From Macrostomum lignano (Eukaryota): 64,000 nt of DNA. Where the stretch lies: NCBI GenBank assembly GCA_002269645.1, contig NIVC01000244.1, forward strand, positions 328,484-392,483. The letters run 5' to 3'. The position numbers and the translations under genes are program-made. Each line of letters begins with the position of its first letter. The first letter of the stretch is position 1. Shown here in pieces: positions 1-10,608 of this stretch. The notes under the pieces were generated by a model. It did not search any database and was not told the DNA's origin. It saw only the letters and a program-made list of their open reading frames with translations.

Positions 1-500
1 GAGCCCGGCCGAACTGATGTTGGGTCGCCGCTGGCGCACGCCCATGTCGCTACTTGCTCCGGTCAAGAACGCCGCTGCTGCGCAACTTGATATCGCCAAA
101 CGCATTCAGCAACGTCAACAGCGGACGGCAGCGTACACCGACCAACGGCGTGGAGCCCAGCAGCCGACATTACGCACCGGTGACTGGGTAAGAATCCGCC
201 GGCCAACACTCTGGCAGACGGCAGCACCTGGAACCAGCAAGCGCTGGTGCCGACATCTCTGCAACCAAACTACGAGGCATCTGCGTCTGGCGAGTTTGAT
301 CCCCTCGTGGGTGTCCAAGAGTGGGCAATGCAAGATGGAGGGGGAGAGGTTCGACAACCGACTCCTGGTCCAGCCGAAGGACCACCGGCTCTGGCTTTGC
401 GACGGTCCACTCGTCCGCGACGTCCTCTGCAGCGCTACGGCTGGTGATCAATCGGAGAGGGGGAAGATGTTGTGTCGTGTAACCTGACAGACCAACTTAA
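1..500 (+). mobile_element. 3' end of a Gypsy-like LTR retrotransposon: integrase C-terminal tail, polypurine tract and start of 3' LTR
   Basis: Frame 2 reads SPAELMLGRRWRTPMSLL...QQRTAAYTDQRRGAQQPTLRTGDWVRIRRP. After a frameshift it continues DGSTWNQQAL...LRRSTRPRRPLQRYGW* (stop 447). Both are typical Gypsy pol tail motifs. Purine run GGAGAGGGGGAAGA (454-467) is followed by TGTTG at 468. Confidence 0.75.
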
Positions 501-2809
501 TGATGGATTATATTTTACGAATATTTCTACTATAACGTAAATGCTACCTATATTATTATTATTGTCTATTACTTATACTGCCACTTTAAGTAGAGTAGTT
601 GATAAATTATCTGTATAATGTATTATTAATCACGTGATATCTCTAGCTCTTGAATTTATTGATCGTGCAGTTTTTCTAGTGTAGTTAAAATATCAATCAT
701 GAAGTTTTTCTTAAATAACGAAAATATAAATAAAGCAACTGTGCGCACCTAGCACTTTACTTTTCAACTCAACTGGAAAACTTCAAGCCTTGGCTACACA
801 ACACCTATGACAAAAAAACCTATATCAATGGGTATAATAAGGTAATTAATTATATCACTAGCATATTAAGTTTAATAGACCTTTTTCTTCTTGAGTGTTT
901 TTAGGACATAAGTGCATCAATAGAAAAATCTAATAAATTTTTTTATAGAAAAAAGCTAGAGTTTCACAATAACCAAATATTTTTCCATATCTATATCCAT
1001 AGTTGATAGTTGTATCTTGAAAATTTTCCTATAGCCTATCCATATCCATATCTGTAGTTATATCTTGAAAGCTAGTAAACTTTCCATAACTATTGTACAA
1101 CACCAAGACCTGGACCTTGACAAATGCCTTGGAGAGGCAGCTAAATGCTGTGCTTGCCATTTGGAGAGTGCAGCAATCTAAGCAGTAAGACCAATGCCAT
1201 ACTCTACATGAGGGCATGGCTAATATAGCCTTCTTTGATAATGCAAATGCTGGATAGCTTCCCTATTAGCTTCATTCATTTTTATCTTAAGCCCCTACTA
1301 TCCTAACTACTATGCTTTAGCCCCTTTTCCTATCTTTGTTCTTCTGTCTTTATTGTTTGAGTCCCTGATTCTAGGGCCTTAAGAGCTCCTCTCATATTCC
1401 TCTTAAATTTAGGTCCTACACAATAGTCTGGATCATGCTTGATGTAGGCCTACACTAGAACAAAAATTGAATAATTACAAATGCATGCCAAAAAATTAGT
1501 GCATGCCCACATTCTCAAATCTATGCTGGTATTGCAACAATAAATGACATTTTTGCATTACAACAATGACCTTTTTTGTGTTGTATAAAGAATCTTTTTG
1601 GCAGATAATTTGGTTGCTTTTTTATATTTCTTGCTTATACTAGGCCTATCTTTAATGAAAAATGGATATACATAAAAATTTGTTTAAATGCTATGTTAAG
1701 AGCTTAAATATTAGAAAGTTCAAAATGATTTTTCTACTTATAAGTAACACTAACTCTTCCATATGATTCTATAAAGTGCATGCTACGCATGTACACATAG
1801 GCCCCTACTATTTTCTAAAGAATCTTGTACGCCTATTGTGCATGCCAATTTTTGGCATATAAGGCCAATGCAAGCTAGAATTTTTGGGCATACATTACAT
1901 GATCTGGAGTATGGCTTCTATAATCCTAACCCTATCTTAGTCCCCAACTTAGGGACTTAAGAGCTTTCCTTGAAAGTGATTCATTTTAACTTTATAGTTA
2001 CTCACTACCTACTACCCTTACTACCCAATCTCAATTTGTATGTAATGTTGAAACTTTGTTGTTTAAGTCCCCAACCCTAGAGACTTAAGTCAAGAGCTTT
2101 GGCACCTGCATTGAAAAGTGAAAACATTTGTCTTAATAGAGAAGAAGAAAGCCAAATCAAATGACTTCTAGGACAAAAGAATTTAGGTATATCAGGATCT
2201 ATTTTATTACTTTTAGTATTAAAAAGAAAATAATAACATAGGCCTAACTAAGTTCAAACTAAAAAAATAATAAACTAAACACCAATATAGGCCTATTAAT
2301 AGCAAAGATGGTCACATATCGACATAGGCCTAGGCCTCCCTACCAACAAACCATTCTTAGTATTTATGGGTTAGGATTAGCCTAATCACCATGATAATAT
2401 GATTAATATCTCTTCTAATATTTTAGGCTTACCTCAAATGGTGAATTCTATAGGTAATTTTTTAAGAATTCTTTTATTAGCAAAGTTTGACTTGGCCCTA
2501 AGACTTAAGCTTGGACCTGGCCAACAAAGCATGCATTATATAGGATAGTAGCCTTAGCCTAATGACTTGACTTGACTAGGCCTATGTCTATTACTAAGAC
2601 TAACATAATAAACAGATTGACTATAGAGTGTTTTAGTCATTTAGAGCTGATTAGTGAAGTTAAAAATTTGTTTTAATCAAATATTAATTATTATTTGGAA
2701 TATTATTCCAAATTAATCATTAGGAGCAGTCAAAAGAAAATTTCTCTAATAAAGGACATAGTTTAAACTAATCAAGGGTTCAATTGATTTTTAAGATTTA
2801 TTAATAATA

Positions 2810-2870
2810 TTATATTATTTATTGATCCCAGTCGGGATTCAATCGGAATTTGGCCAATTCCAAGATAGAA
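2810..2870 (-). mobile_element. Possible 3' tail of an L2-clade LINE/SINE
   Basis: Minus strand reads ATCCC-GACT-GGGATCAATAAA followed by an AT-rich tail, resembling L2-type stem-loop ends. It carries 2 of the ~6 CpGs in an otherwise CpG-poor block. Confidence 0.3.
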
Positions 2871-3767
2871 TATAAAATTAATTTATAGTATTATTAATTT
2901 ATGTATAAGCCAGGGCCAAGGCCCCATAGCCATAGTCTGTTTCATGCTTGGAGTTATACTAGAAGAAAACTGATGAAATTTTATCATTTACACCACATTT
3001 TTGCCAGGCATAATGCTTGGACTAAGGCAGGGCAAGGGGAAGGGGTACAAGGTAGTTTGTGCAAACTTTTTTCATTTCAAAAAAGTTTAATGTTTTAATT
3101 TTGTCTATTATAATTAAAACTTTATAAATATATAAGTTCCAAAAAGATAGTAACAAAGTTTTTTCATCATAACACACTTTCTAGGTTTTAAACTTTTTTT
3201 GCTTTTTACAAATAATAAAATATGTAGTTATTTAAATATATGCCAACATTTATGCCAAGGCTATTTTTTGACTAGAATTATGCCGGAAATTTTCAGTGTA
3301 ACTGTAACAAAATGGACTATGGCCAAGGCCTAGTTACCCTAGTATAAAAAATAAGTATAGCTTCAGTATAGCCTAGCCTAGGTCCTATCTTAAACACATT
3401 TGAAAATTAAAATTTCCACTTTGCTACAAATTTGCAAAAATTAGCGATACAGCACGACCCAGGGGCCAGGCCCAGGGAACGTGCGAGTGCGACTGTTTGA
3501 CCGTCCAGTAGATGCTGCTGGTTGCCCCAAACATCAAGCTTGCCATGACATACCATGCTACGCAAACGCAACGCGCGCGCGCGCGCGGCCCTCAGTCTAG
3601 AAAAATTAAAAAAGAATAGGTAAATGTCTCTACCTTATTTATTTAACTGTTTTGTTCACAATTAAAAAAACTATAATTTTAATTAAACTTTTGCTTAGTA
3701 CGTTTTAGTATCATTTATTGTTGCAATTAGTTTTAGGTTTTTTATTTAACTGTGAATTTACATTACG

Positions 3768-5170
3768 TGTAACACCGCAATTTTTAGATTGAATCTTTCT
3801 TTCCCGTCTCTCATGACATGTATCTTCTCTTCTTATTCTTTGTCTCCGATATTATTTCCCTCTATCTCTCATGCTTTTTTTTCTCCATTAAGTTTCAATA
3901 CTTTTTGTTTTTTTACTTTTATGCCAGCACACCTTTTGGATCATAAATCACCAGATGTAAATGGCGCATTCGTGATGTAGGCACGTCCTGGGCCTCCCCA
4001 CTACTCTTTGCGCACCCCTTCCTTCCTCCCCTGCGATCCCTGTGCCCCATGATGACTCATTGTGCTGATTCATGCTGATCACCCCACCCGGCCACTCCCA
4101 AGGGCGCTACCCACTCCCCGCGCACCAATCCCCCACCATGCCGCTCCCATATTGTTCGAAACCATTCGTGCGTTTGACAGGTTTGTGTAAGACCTTCTAT
4201 CCCCTCAAGCTTTTTCCCGCCTGTTACGTAATCCCCCATCATAAATCATCGCCCACCCCAATTTCTCATCCAATCACAGCGTGGCTGCAGGCGGGTCGTC
4301 ATCAGCTGGTTGCGTGTGGTAACGGAATCTGCAAGGACAGGTCACGGCCTTCAATATCAAGCATCACGCTCACGCTCCTGCGTACTCCATCCACCCCTCC
4401 GAAGTTATAAAAGTAATATACAATCTCCCCCTAGAAGACCAAGCTAATTTCCCCTTAAAAAATTTATTGCTCCCAGATCCTCCAGGATCTTCTCCATTGA
4501 CATCCGTTCTGTGAAAAGAGAGTGCGCCTGCTTAAGGAGTTCTTATAAGACTTAGAAATCTGAACGGAATTTAAGAGTTCGCTAGCAGAAAGCTAAAAAC
4601 CAAAAATAGCAACAGCAGAAAGTGCGAGCAAGCGAAAAGGAGAATGATTAGACAAAATCCGCCCCCAGAGATCAACTATTCATTTCAGCGCAGGCCCGGT
4701 TCGGCATGACAGCAGCTGTGCCGACGTGGAGCTGCCTGACACCGGATCCGCAGAGGCGCTGACGTGGAACCGCCTGAGACCGGACCCGCAGCTGTGCTGA
4801 CGTGGAGCTCCCGGAATCAACCCGGCCTACCCCGACCTGCAGCTGCCTGCATCGACCCAACCCAGCAGAAACTGGAGCCGCCCGGACCCGATCGGGAACG
4901 AGATCGAGAGGAGGCCGAGTCCGCACAAGAAGGCGGGATCGATGAAAGAAAAGGGGTTGGCGCGCCTGCCAACCAACTAGTTTAATGACAATAACTGTAC
5001 TAGACTCGAGGCTGCGACCTCACTCACCCCAAATTCCCATGCGTACTGTTGCTATGGTATTTTCTTCCCCTCGGATCGAGGGTTTTAAAGACATTATATA
5101 TATCGGAGCGGAGCGAGGAAAAAGAATCGCCGCGCGAGTCAGTTAGAGATTCTATTTGAATTCCGTTACG
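3768..5170. mobile_element. Putative solo LTR / LTR-like element
   Basis: Starts TGTAAC and ends GTTACG (imperfect inverted termini). Contains TATAAAAG at 4406 and three ~38-bp-spaced (T/C)GACGTGG motifs (about 4720-4810). No clean TSD or CA end. Confidence 0.3.
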
Positions 5171-5650
5171 TTAAACACATTAGAAAACTCATAGTGTTTG
5201 TGTTATTTCTTGAGTAGAATCTAAGATAAGGATCCCGAGAGATCATCACAGCCAGCCAGTATACTGAGTGTCGATAGTCGTTAGGAGTTATAGCCTTCAA
5301 GACATCTAGACTGCAATAATCCGCTAGACCAATTATACGAAAAATATAAGTAAAGACAAGAGACATCAAAACTTGAAGCGCTATAGTTCTATAATTAGCA
5401 TCCTGGAGTGGAAACGAGTTTTTCACCTTTACCTCATGAGGCGACGCAAATTGTTAAATACGAGCTACTAAAATTTGAGGTTTACAAACTGCTCCTCGCG
5501 ATCTATCCAATTGCCCTCACCTCTTTATCCCCGAACCAATGTTTATTTTCATGTTGTGTTTGTACTCGTAGTTAGGCACTATAGAAACTCTGGTATTTTG
5601 TATCTCTGATGACGTCTCTCGGCTTTTCGGGTTTGGGTAACAAAAAGCTC

Positions 5651-5700
5651 AGCCAATCAGAAAATTAGACGTTCGTTTTAACAAATCGACAGCCAATCGG
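5651..5700 (+). promoter_or_regulatory. Tandem CCAAT boxes
   Basis: AGCCAATCAG (5651) and AGCCAATCGG (5691), 40 bp apart. The target transcript is unknown. Confidence 0.25.
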
Positions 5701-6208
5701 AACCGATCTGTTCCACTAAAATAATCGCGGGTCAGTTGGTTCCTACTTGCACCGCTCACTTTTTCCTGCTCGGGGACTCAATTTGGATACCACCTCCGAT
5801 CGGGCCGCACTCAACCGTTTTCTGCATGAAGAGTGTGGCCTTCTGAACCTTTTGGAGCCAGAAGTGTATTTAATACTAAGAGTAGCTGGTTCGCTCTAAG
5901 TCAGTTTAAGTACTTGCGAGCTCACCTTTCGCCAGAAGGCCATGACTGCTTTTACAACAGCGCGCTATTGGAGAGTTTTTAGTCGCATTTATAGCAAGAA
6001 GCCTGCATATAGGAATTTTATTATGTAATAGTACACTCCGCCGCGACCCTACATATAGTCTCGCCTCGCAAGAGCCCCCTGCAAAAGTCATCTCTGTCCC
6101 TGCATGTTTATCGTGATGCAGTCCATTTTATCAGCTGACTTCGAGAGTGACAATGAAAAGAAGAGTCAGAACTTATGTACATGTGCTTGATTGCCCAATT
6201 GTGCGGAA

Positions 6209-6590
6209 ATGACGAACGCTGAACGGTGGCGAGCTGTTGAAATGCTAGAAGTCGGTGCGTCAAATGATCGAAGATTTGGTAGGACGCGAGCAGGTAATTC
6301 GAAAGCTGCTGACAAAATGCCGCGACACTGTCGGTGCTAATCGCCATCTACTGCGATTGTAAGGCAAACTCCCAGTCTCCCAGCAACACCGCTCCTCCAG
6401 GCATGAACCCCATCGAGCATGTCTGAGACTTCCTCAAGCAGCTGCAGCATACAAAGAGAGATTCCACCGCAGAATGTTTGACTCTGCTGCGCCAGGACCT
6501 TCATCAGGACTTTCTGCGCCGCCTCATCTTGTGGATGCCGTGTAGAGTCAATTCAGCCAGTCAAGGTTACTTGTGGCGCCATCGATGCAG
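6209..6590 (+). mobile_element. Internally deleted, decayed Tc1-like transposase remnant
   Basis: N-terminal MTNAERWRAVEMLEVGAS..RRFG (HTH-like) and C-terminal PGMNPIEHV*DFLKQ...DFLRRLILWMPCRV (Tc1 SPDLNPIEHVW motif, with W replaced by TGA at 6424). TIRs were not resolved. Confidence 0.65.
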
Positions 6591-7841
6591 TGCAGTGCTC
6601 CCGACACTGAGTTCTTGATCTGCATTAGAAAATTGTGGAAAATAAAATATCGATTAGGCCCGTTGCGCCTTGTACTGCAGAAGCTATTACTGGTAAGGAC
6701 AACTCGGCCCACGTACTCATAACTCATGTTCCAAAAGTGTTGCGAATTGGCTGTGAATCTCTGAAAAGAAGGCTCGCGAGCTACCCAACGTTGACTGGAG
6801 TCCCACGATTCCACGAGTCCCACGGTCGGCCTGCTGCACGCCATATTCTATATTGGCTTTTTGGTCACGCATGGGTACCGGGTGGCTACCTGGCGACTCG
6901 GATTCCCAGTAACAGGTGAGCGTGGGATAACAGCCTATAGCCCTGCGGTAACGACTGTGACTCTCTAACGTTACTTGGGTTAGATTCTGTGCTAGAACGT
7001 ATTAATCTGAGACTCGTACACAGACACCTGCTTGGGCATATCGAGCGATTCTCGTCCATCCCGTGTAAAATTCTGACATTCGACGACGTACCCGACGTCG
7101 ATGAGCATCGCCAGCAAATGAGTCTTAATTAAAACTTGAGTTGGCCAAAACCCTATCTATGGTATGACAATAGAATGTCGGTATGACAATTTTGTGTCAA
7201 AATAAACTTTTTTTCCGGATTTTCGGAATCTGCGTATTCCTTTCCTGCGCTTTGAATTCTCTGCTACCGACCGCAATATCAGGCGCGGGTTTTGTGCCCA
7301 CCTGCACGATTCGACTGGCTCAGGGCTTGTTTGAGGTAAGCGCCGGTTGGATGATCAAATTCTCGTAGGCTATTTTGTAGAGACTCTCAGTTCATGTTTG
7401 AACTCGACATTAACTAGGGCGCTGTGATTCCCAGCCTATACAAAATCATCCACGACTGGTCACCGCGGGCGGAGCGCTACTTTTTTGCGGCTTTTTGTCT
7501 CACCATGGTGAGTCATTGACTTCAGATAGGTTCTGTGTACCATGGACAACTAAGGAGACATACTTAAACCCCGCTACTTTTGTAATTTTTACTGTAGTAG
7601 ACTGATTTTCTCTATTGTTAGGATTGCTAAGTTAAACATGTAGAAGCAACTACGGAGAAGAGGAAAGGGAAACAACCAACATTTCTGTGTGTACTCTGAA
7701 GGGAATTTTTTATTTCTTTGCTGTTAGCATTGCAAATAAGAGCTACAGTGTAAAGTACAATACGTGACTATAGACAAAACAGATTTTTCGTTATTTTTCT
7801 CGATGACTTGTTCGTCCTGTCAAGTCCCCAATACTTTTCTA

Positions 7842-8148
7842 GGGAAGTTGCTGTTTAGTAATTATAGCATCAGAATCACGACCGAAAGGTCGGGGGTTCG
7901 ATTCTTGACCTACTCGAAGCAATTTGTGTCCTTGAGCAAGACTCTTAACTCTGCAATGTTTCAGTTCACCCAGCTGTAAAATGGGTGCCAGCATTAGCTG
8001 GGGTAATTGAGGGTGTGTGTGGCGACCCCCTAGGAGTCCTTGGACTGAACAGCCGTACGCAGCCTTCAGATGCGCCGTGCAATAGCTGCGGCTGAGCTGT
8101 CGGTTGCACATCTGGCCAATTGCAGGTGTAATCAAATATTATTATAAT
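7842..8148 (+). mobile_element. tRNA-derived CORE-like SINE, copy 1 (head degenerate), intronic
   Basis: B box GGTTCGATTC, then TGTGTCCTTGAGCAAGACTCTTAACTCTGC..CAGCTGTAAAATGGG (MIR CORE-like). The 3' body is shared with the copies at 24413 and 57734. ATT-rich tail. Confidence 0.8.
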
Positions 8149-8940
8149 ATCAGTCCATGAAATTAAATTGAGTTCAGGGGTGAGACAGAGGCAAAAAATC
8201 AGTACGAGCGTAAGATTCGAATGCGGCGTCCTTGTACTTTAGTTGTCCCCGATCACTCAGGCATGTACGCCGGCGCCATAGTTGGATTCCCACTGGACGG
8301 TCTGGTGACTCACTGCGCCAACTAACAGTACATTTACTGCATGCACTCGAGCTTCGGCCTGCTCTGGTTCCCCTGCTGGCTGCTGCTTGTCCATGAGACT
8401 CCGGAGCTCGATCCGGCAGTGTCCGACGCCGAGAAATTGATCATCAAGGAGGGCCGCGATCCGGTCGGCGAGCACACCAAAGCCATTCCCTGGCGCACCA
8501 TTTTCACCAGCGGCCCGGTTTGGGCGTGATCGTCTCTCACTTTGTGCGCAGCTGGATGTTCTTCCTGCTGACTAACGAGCCCGCCTACCTGAGCATGTTG
8601 AGCTTCTCTATACATGTACTCGAGTTGAACAGATTTTAAACTAATCTTTCGTGCCTTTCATTTCGATCAATTGACTTGTCGATTCTCAAAATTTCAGAAC
8701 GGCATCTTCTCAGCTACGCCCCACATTCTGAAAGGTGCTATTCTGCATTCTGGGCGGCATTCTGGCTGACGCCATCATTGACAAGTCGGCCTGCTCGCTC
8801 ACCGTAGTTCGAAAGGCTTTTACTGGATTTGGTGAGCTAATTTGCACACTGTTTTGCTAGTACATATGACAAACAGATTTTTTCCTCCAAGACGCTAGTT
8901 TTTTTCGTATGGTTACATCAATAAGACTTAGAAGTCACTG

Positions 8941-9682
8941 GTTGGCATATTGGACAGAAAATGTGTAGGGTGAAATACCGTCTTTTGACTGCCATGAAAA
9001 TTGAACTGCCGACGATTGAGGCTAGGGTTAAGGTTTAGGCTAAAGTTTAGGTTAGAGTTTGGAATTAGGTTAGGTTTAGGGTTAGGGATTGGGTCGGCAG
9101 TCAATTTCTGGCAGTCAAATGTCACTATGGCAGTCAAATGTCACTATGGCACTCAAATGTCACTATGGCAGTCAAATGTCACTATGGCAGTCAAATGTCA
9201 CTATGGCAGTCAAATGTCACTATGGCAGTCAAATGTCACTATGGCAGTCAAATGTCACTATGGCAGTCAAATGTCACTATGGCAGTCAAATGTCACTATG
9301 GCAGTCAAATGTCACTATGGCAGTCAAATGTCACTATGGCAGTCAAATGTCACTATGGCAGTCAAATGTCACTATGGCAGTCAAATGTCACTATGGCAGT
9401 CAAATGTCACTATGGCAGTCAAATGTCACTATGGCAGTCAAATGTCACTATGGCAGTCAAATGTCACTATGGCAGTCAAATGTCACTATGGCAGTCAAAT
9501 GTCACTATGGCAGTCAAATGTCACTATGGCAGTCAAATGTCACTATGGCAGTCAAATGTCACTATGGCAGTCAAATGTCACTATGGCAGTCAAATGTCAC
9601 TATGGCAGTCAAATGTCACTATGGCAGTCAAATGTCACTATGGCAGTCAAATGTCACTATGGCAGTCAAATGTCAATGCCAA
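8941..9682. mobile_element. Foldback/MITE-like element with telomere-like spacer and amplified subterminal repeat
   Basis: Imperfect outer IR (TTGGCATATTGGACA / TGTCAATGCCAA). Inner IR at ~8983-9012 vs ~9092-9119 flanks degenerate TTAGGG repeats. Confidence 0.45.
9110..9675 (+). repeat. 19-bp minisatellite (GGCAGTCAAATGTCACTAT)n, ~30 near-perfect copies
   Basis: Direct reading; explains the repetitive ORFs at 9001-9839. Confidence 0.97.
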
Positions 9683-10476
9683 TGATGCAGTAAAATCATT
9701 AAATGATTCCTACACGGTCACGAGTGCGGAAATGACATCTGCACGAGTGCACTATGTCCTTCACGCAGGAGTGAACGTGAAGGAACCCCATTGTCGGATG
9801 ATTCATCGTGCAGGAATGTCTATGGTACAATCTCACTGAAAAAGCATTAGGCGCAGAAATGCATTCCTGCACGATTCTGTGCATTGTAACACGATATAAA
9901 TGTGTAAAAGTGTGCATTCCATCCAATATACTAAAAATGGTCTGTCGGTATGTGTGTGTGTGTATGTGTGTGTGTGTGATCGATTTTAGCAAAAACGGCT
10001 CAACCGATTTTCTTCGAACTTGCACTGTTCGATCAGAAATTTTCCCGTGACAGTACATGCATCGTGGCTAAGAAATTGCTTGATGCTAAAGGGATTAAAT
10101 ATTCGAAAAACATGCTTTTTTGCAAAGGTCAAGCAGCTCTTTCGACTTGAAATGCATCGTAAGAATGCTAGCAGAAAAACTGACTGGTTGAATTCTGATT
10201 CTGAAATAGATTGCATCACAATACACTTTATTTATCGTCTGTGTACTGGCTGAATTTGACACTCAATTGAATTGCGTCACAGCTTTGAGTGTGAAAGCAT
10301 AGCGCAGTACTGAATTTATATTACGTAACCATATTGTAAACTTTCATAGACACTGGTACTGACTTGCCTAAGAAATTGATTATGTCATAACTGCTTCGTG
10401 AGACTTTTTACTCTACCTGACTTGGTGTGAGTGTTGAATTATATAAGTGGTACAACATCACTGATAACTTCGATGA

Positions 10477-10534
10477 GAGCTAGCCTAGAGCTGAACAGAC
10501 CAGACTGCTAATGCAGCGACCTAGGTTCGAATCT
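10477..10534 (+). other. tRNA-like (A box/B box) fragment inside the Helitron; also at ~15187-15241 and ~17746-17800
   Basis: TAGCCTAGAGCTG (A-box-like), GACTGCTAAT (Ser-GCT-like anticodon loop), GGTTCGAATC (B box). No complete cloverleaf. Confidence 0.4.
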
Positions 10535-10608
10535 AAGTAGTTTAAAAGTAGTAGTGTAAAATTTTTTATTAAAAGGTTTTATTTTAAAGGACTAAATAAA
10601 AACACTTA

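Noticed and set aside
3570-3600. (CG)7 run followed by CTAG as a Helitron end or Z-DNA site
   Set aside because: No matching 5' end or second copy; too short to support.
9001-9839. Repetitive 198-233-aa ORFs
   Set aside because: Translation of the 19-bp tandem repeat.
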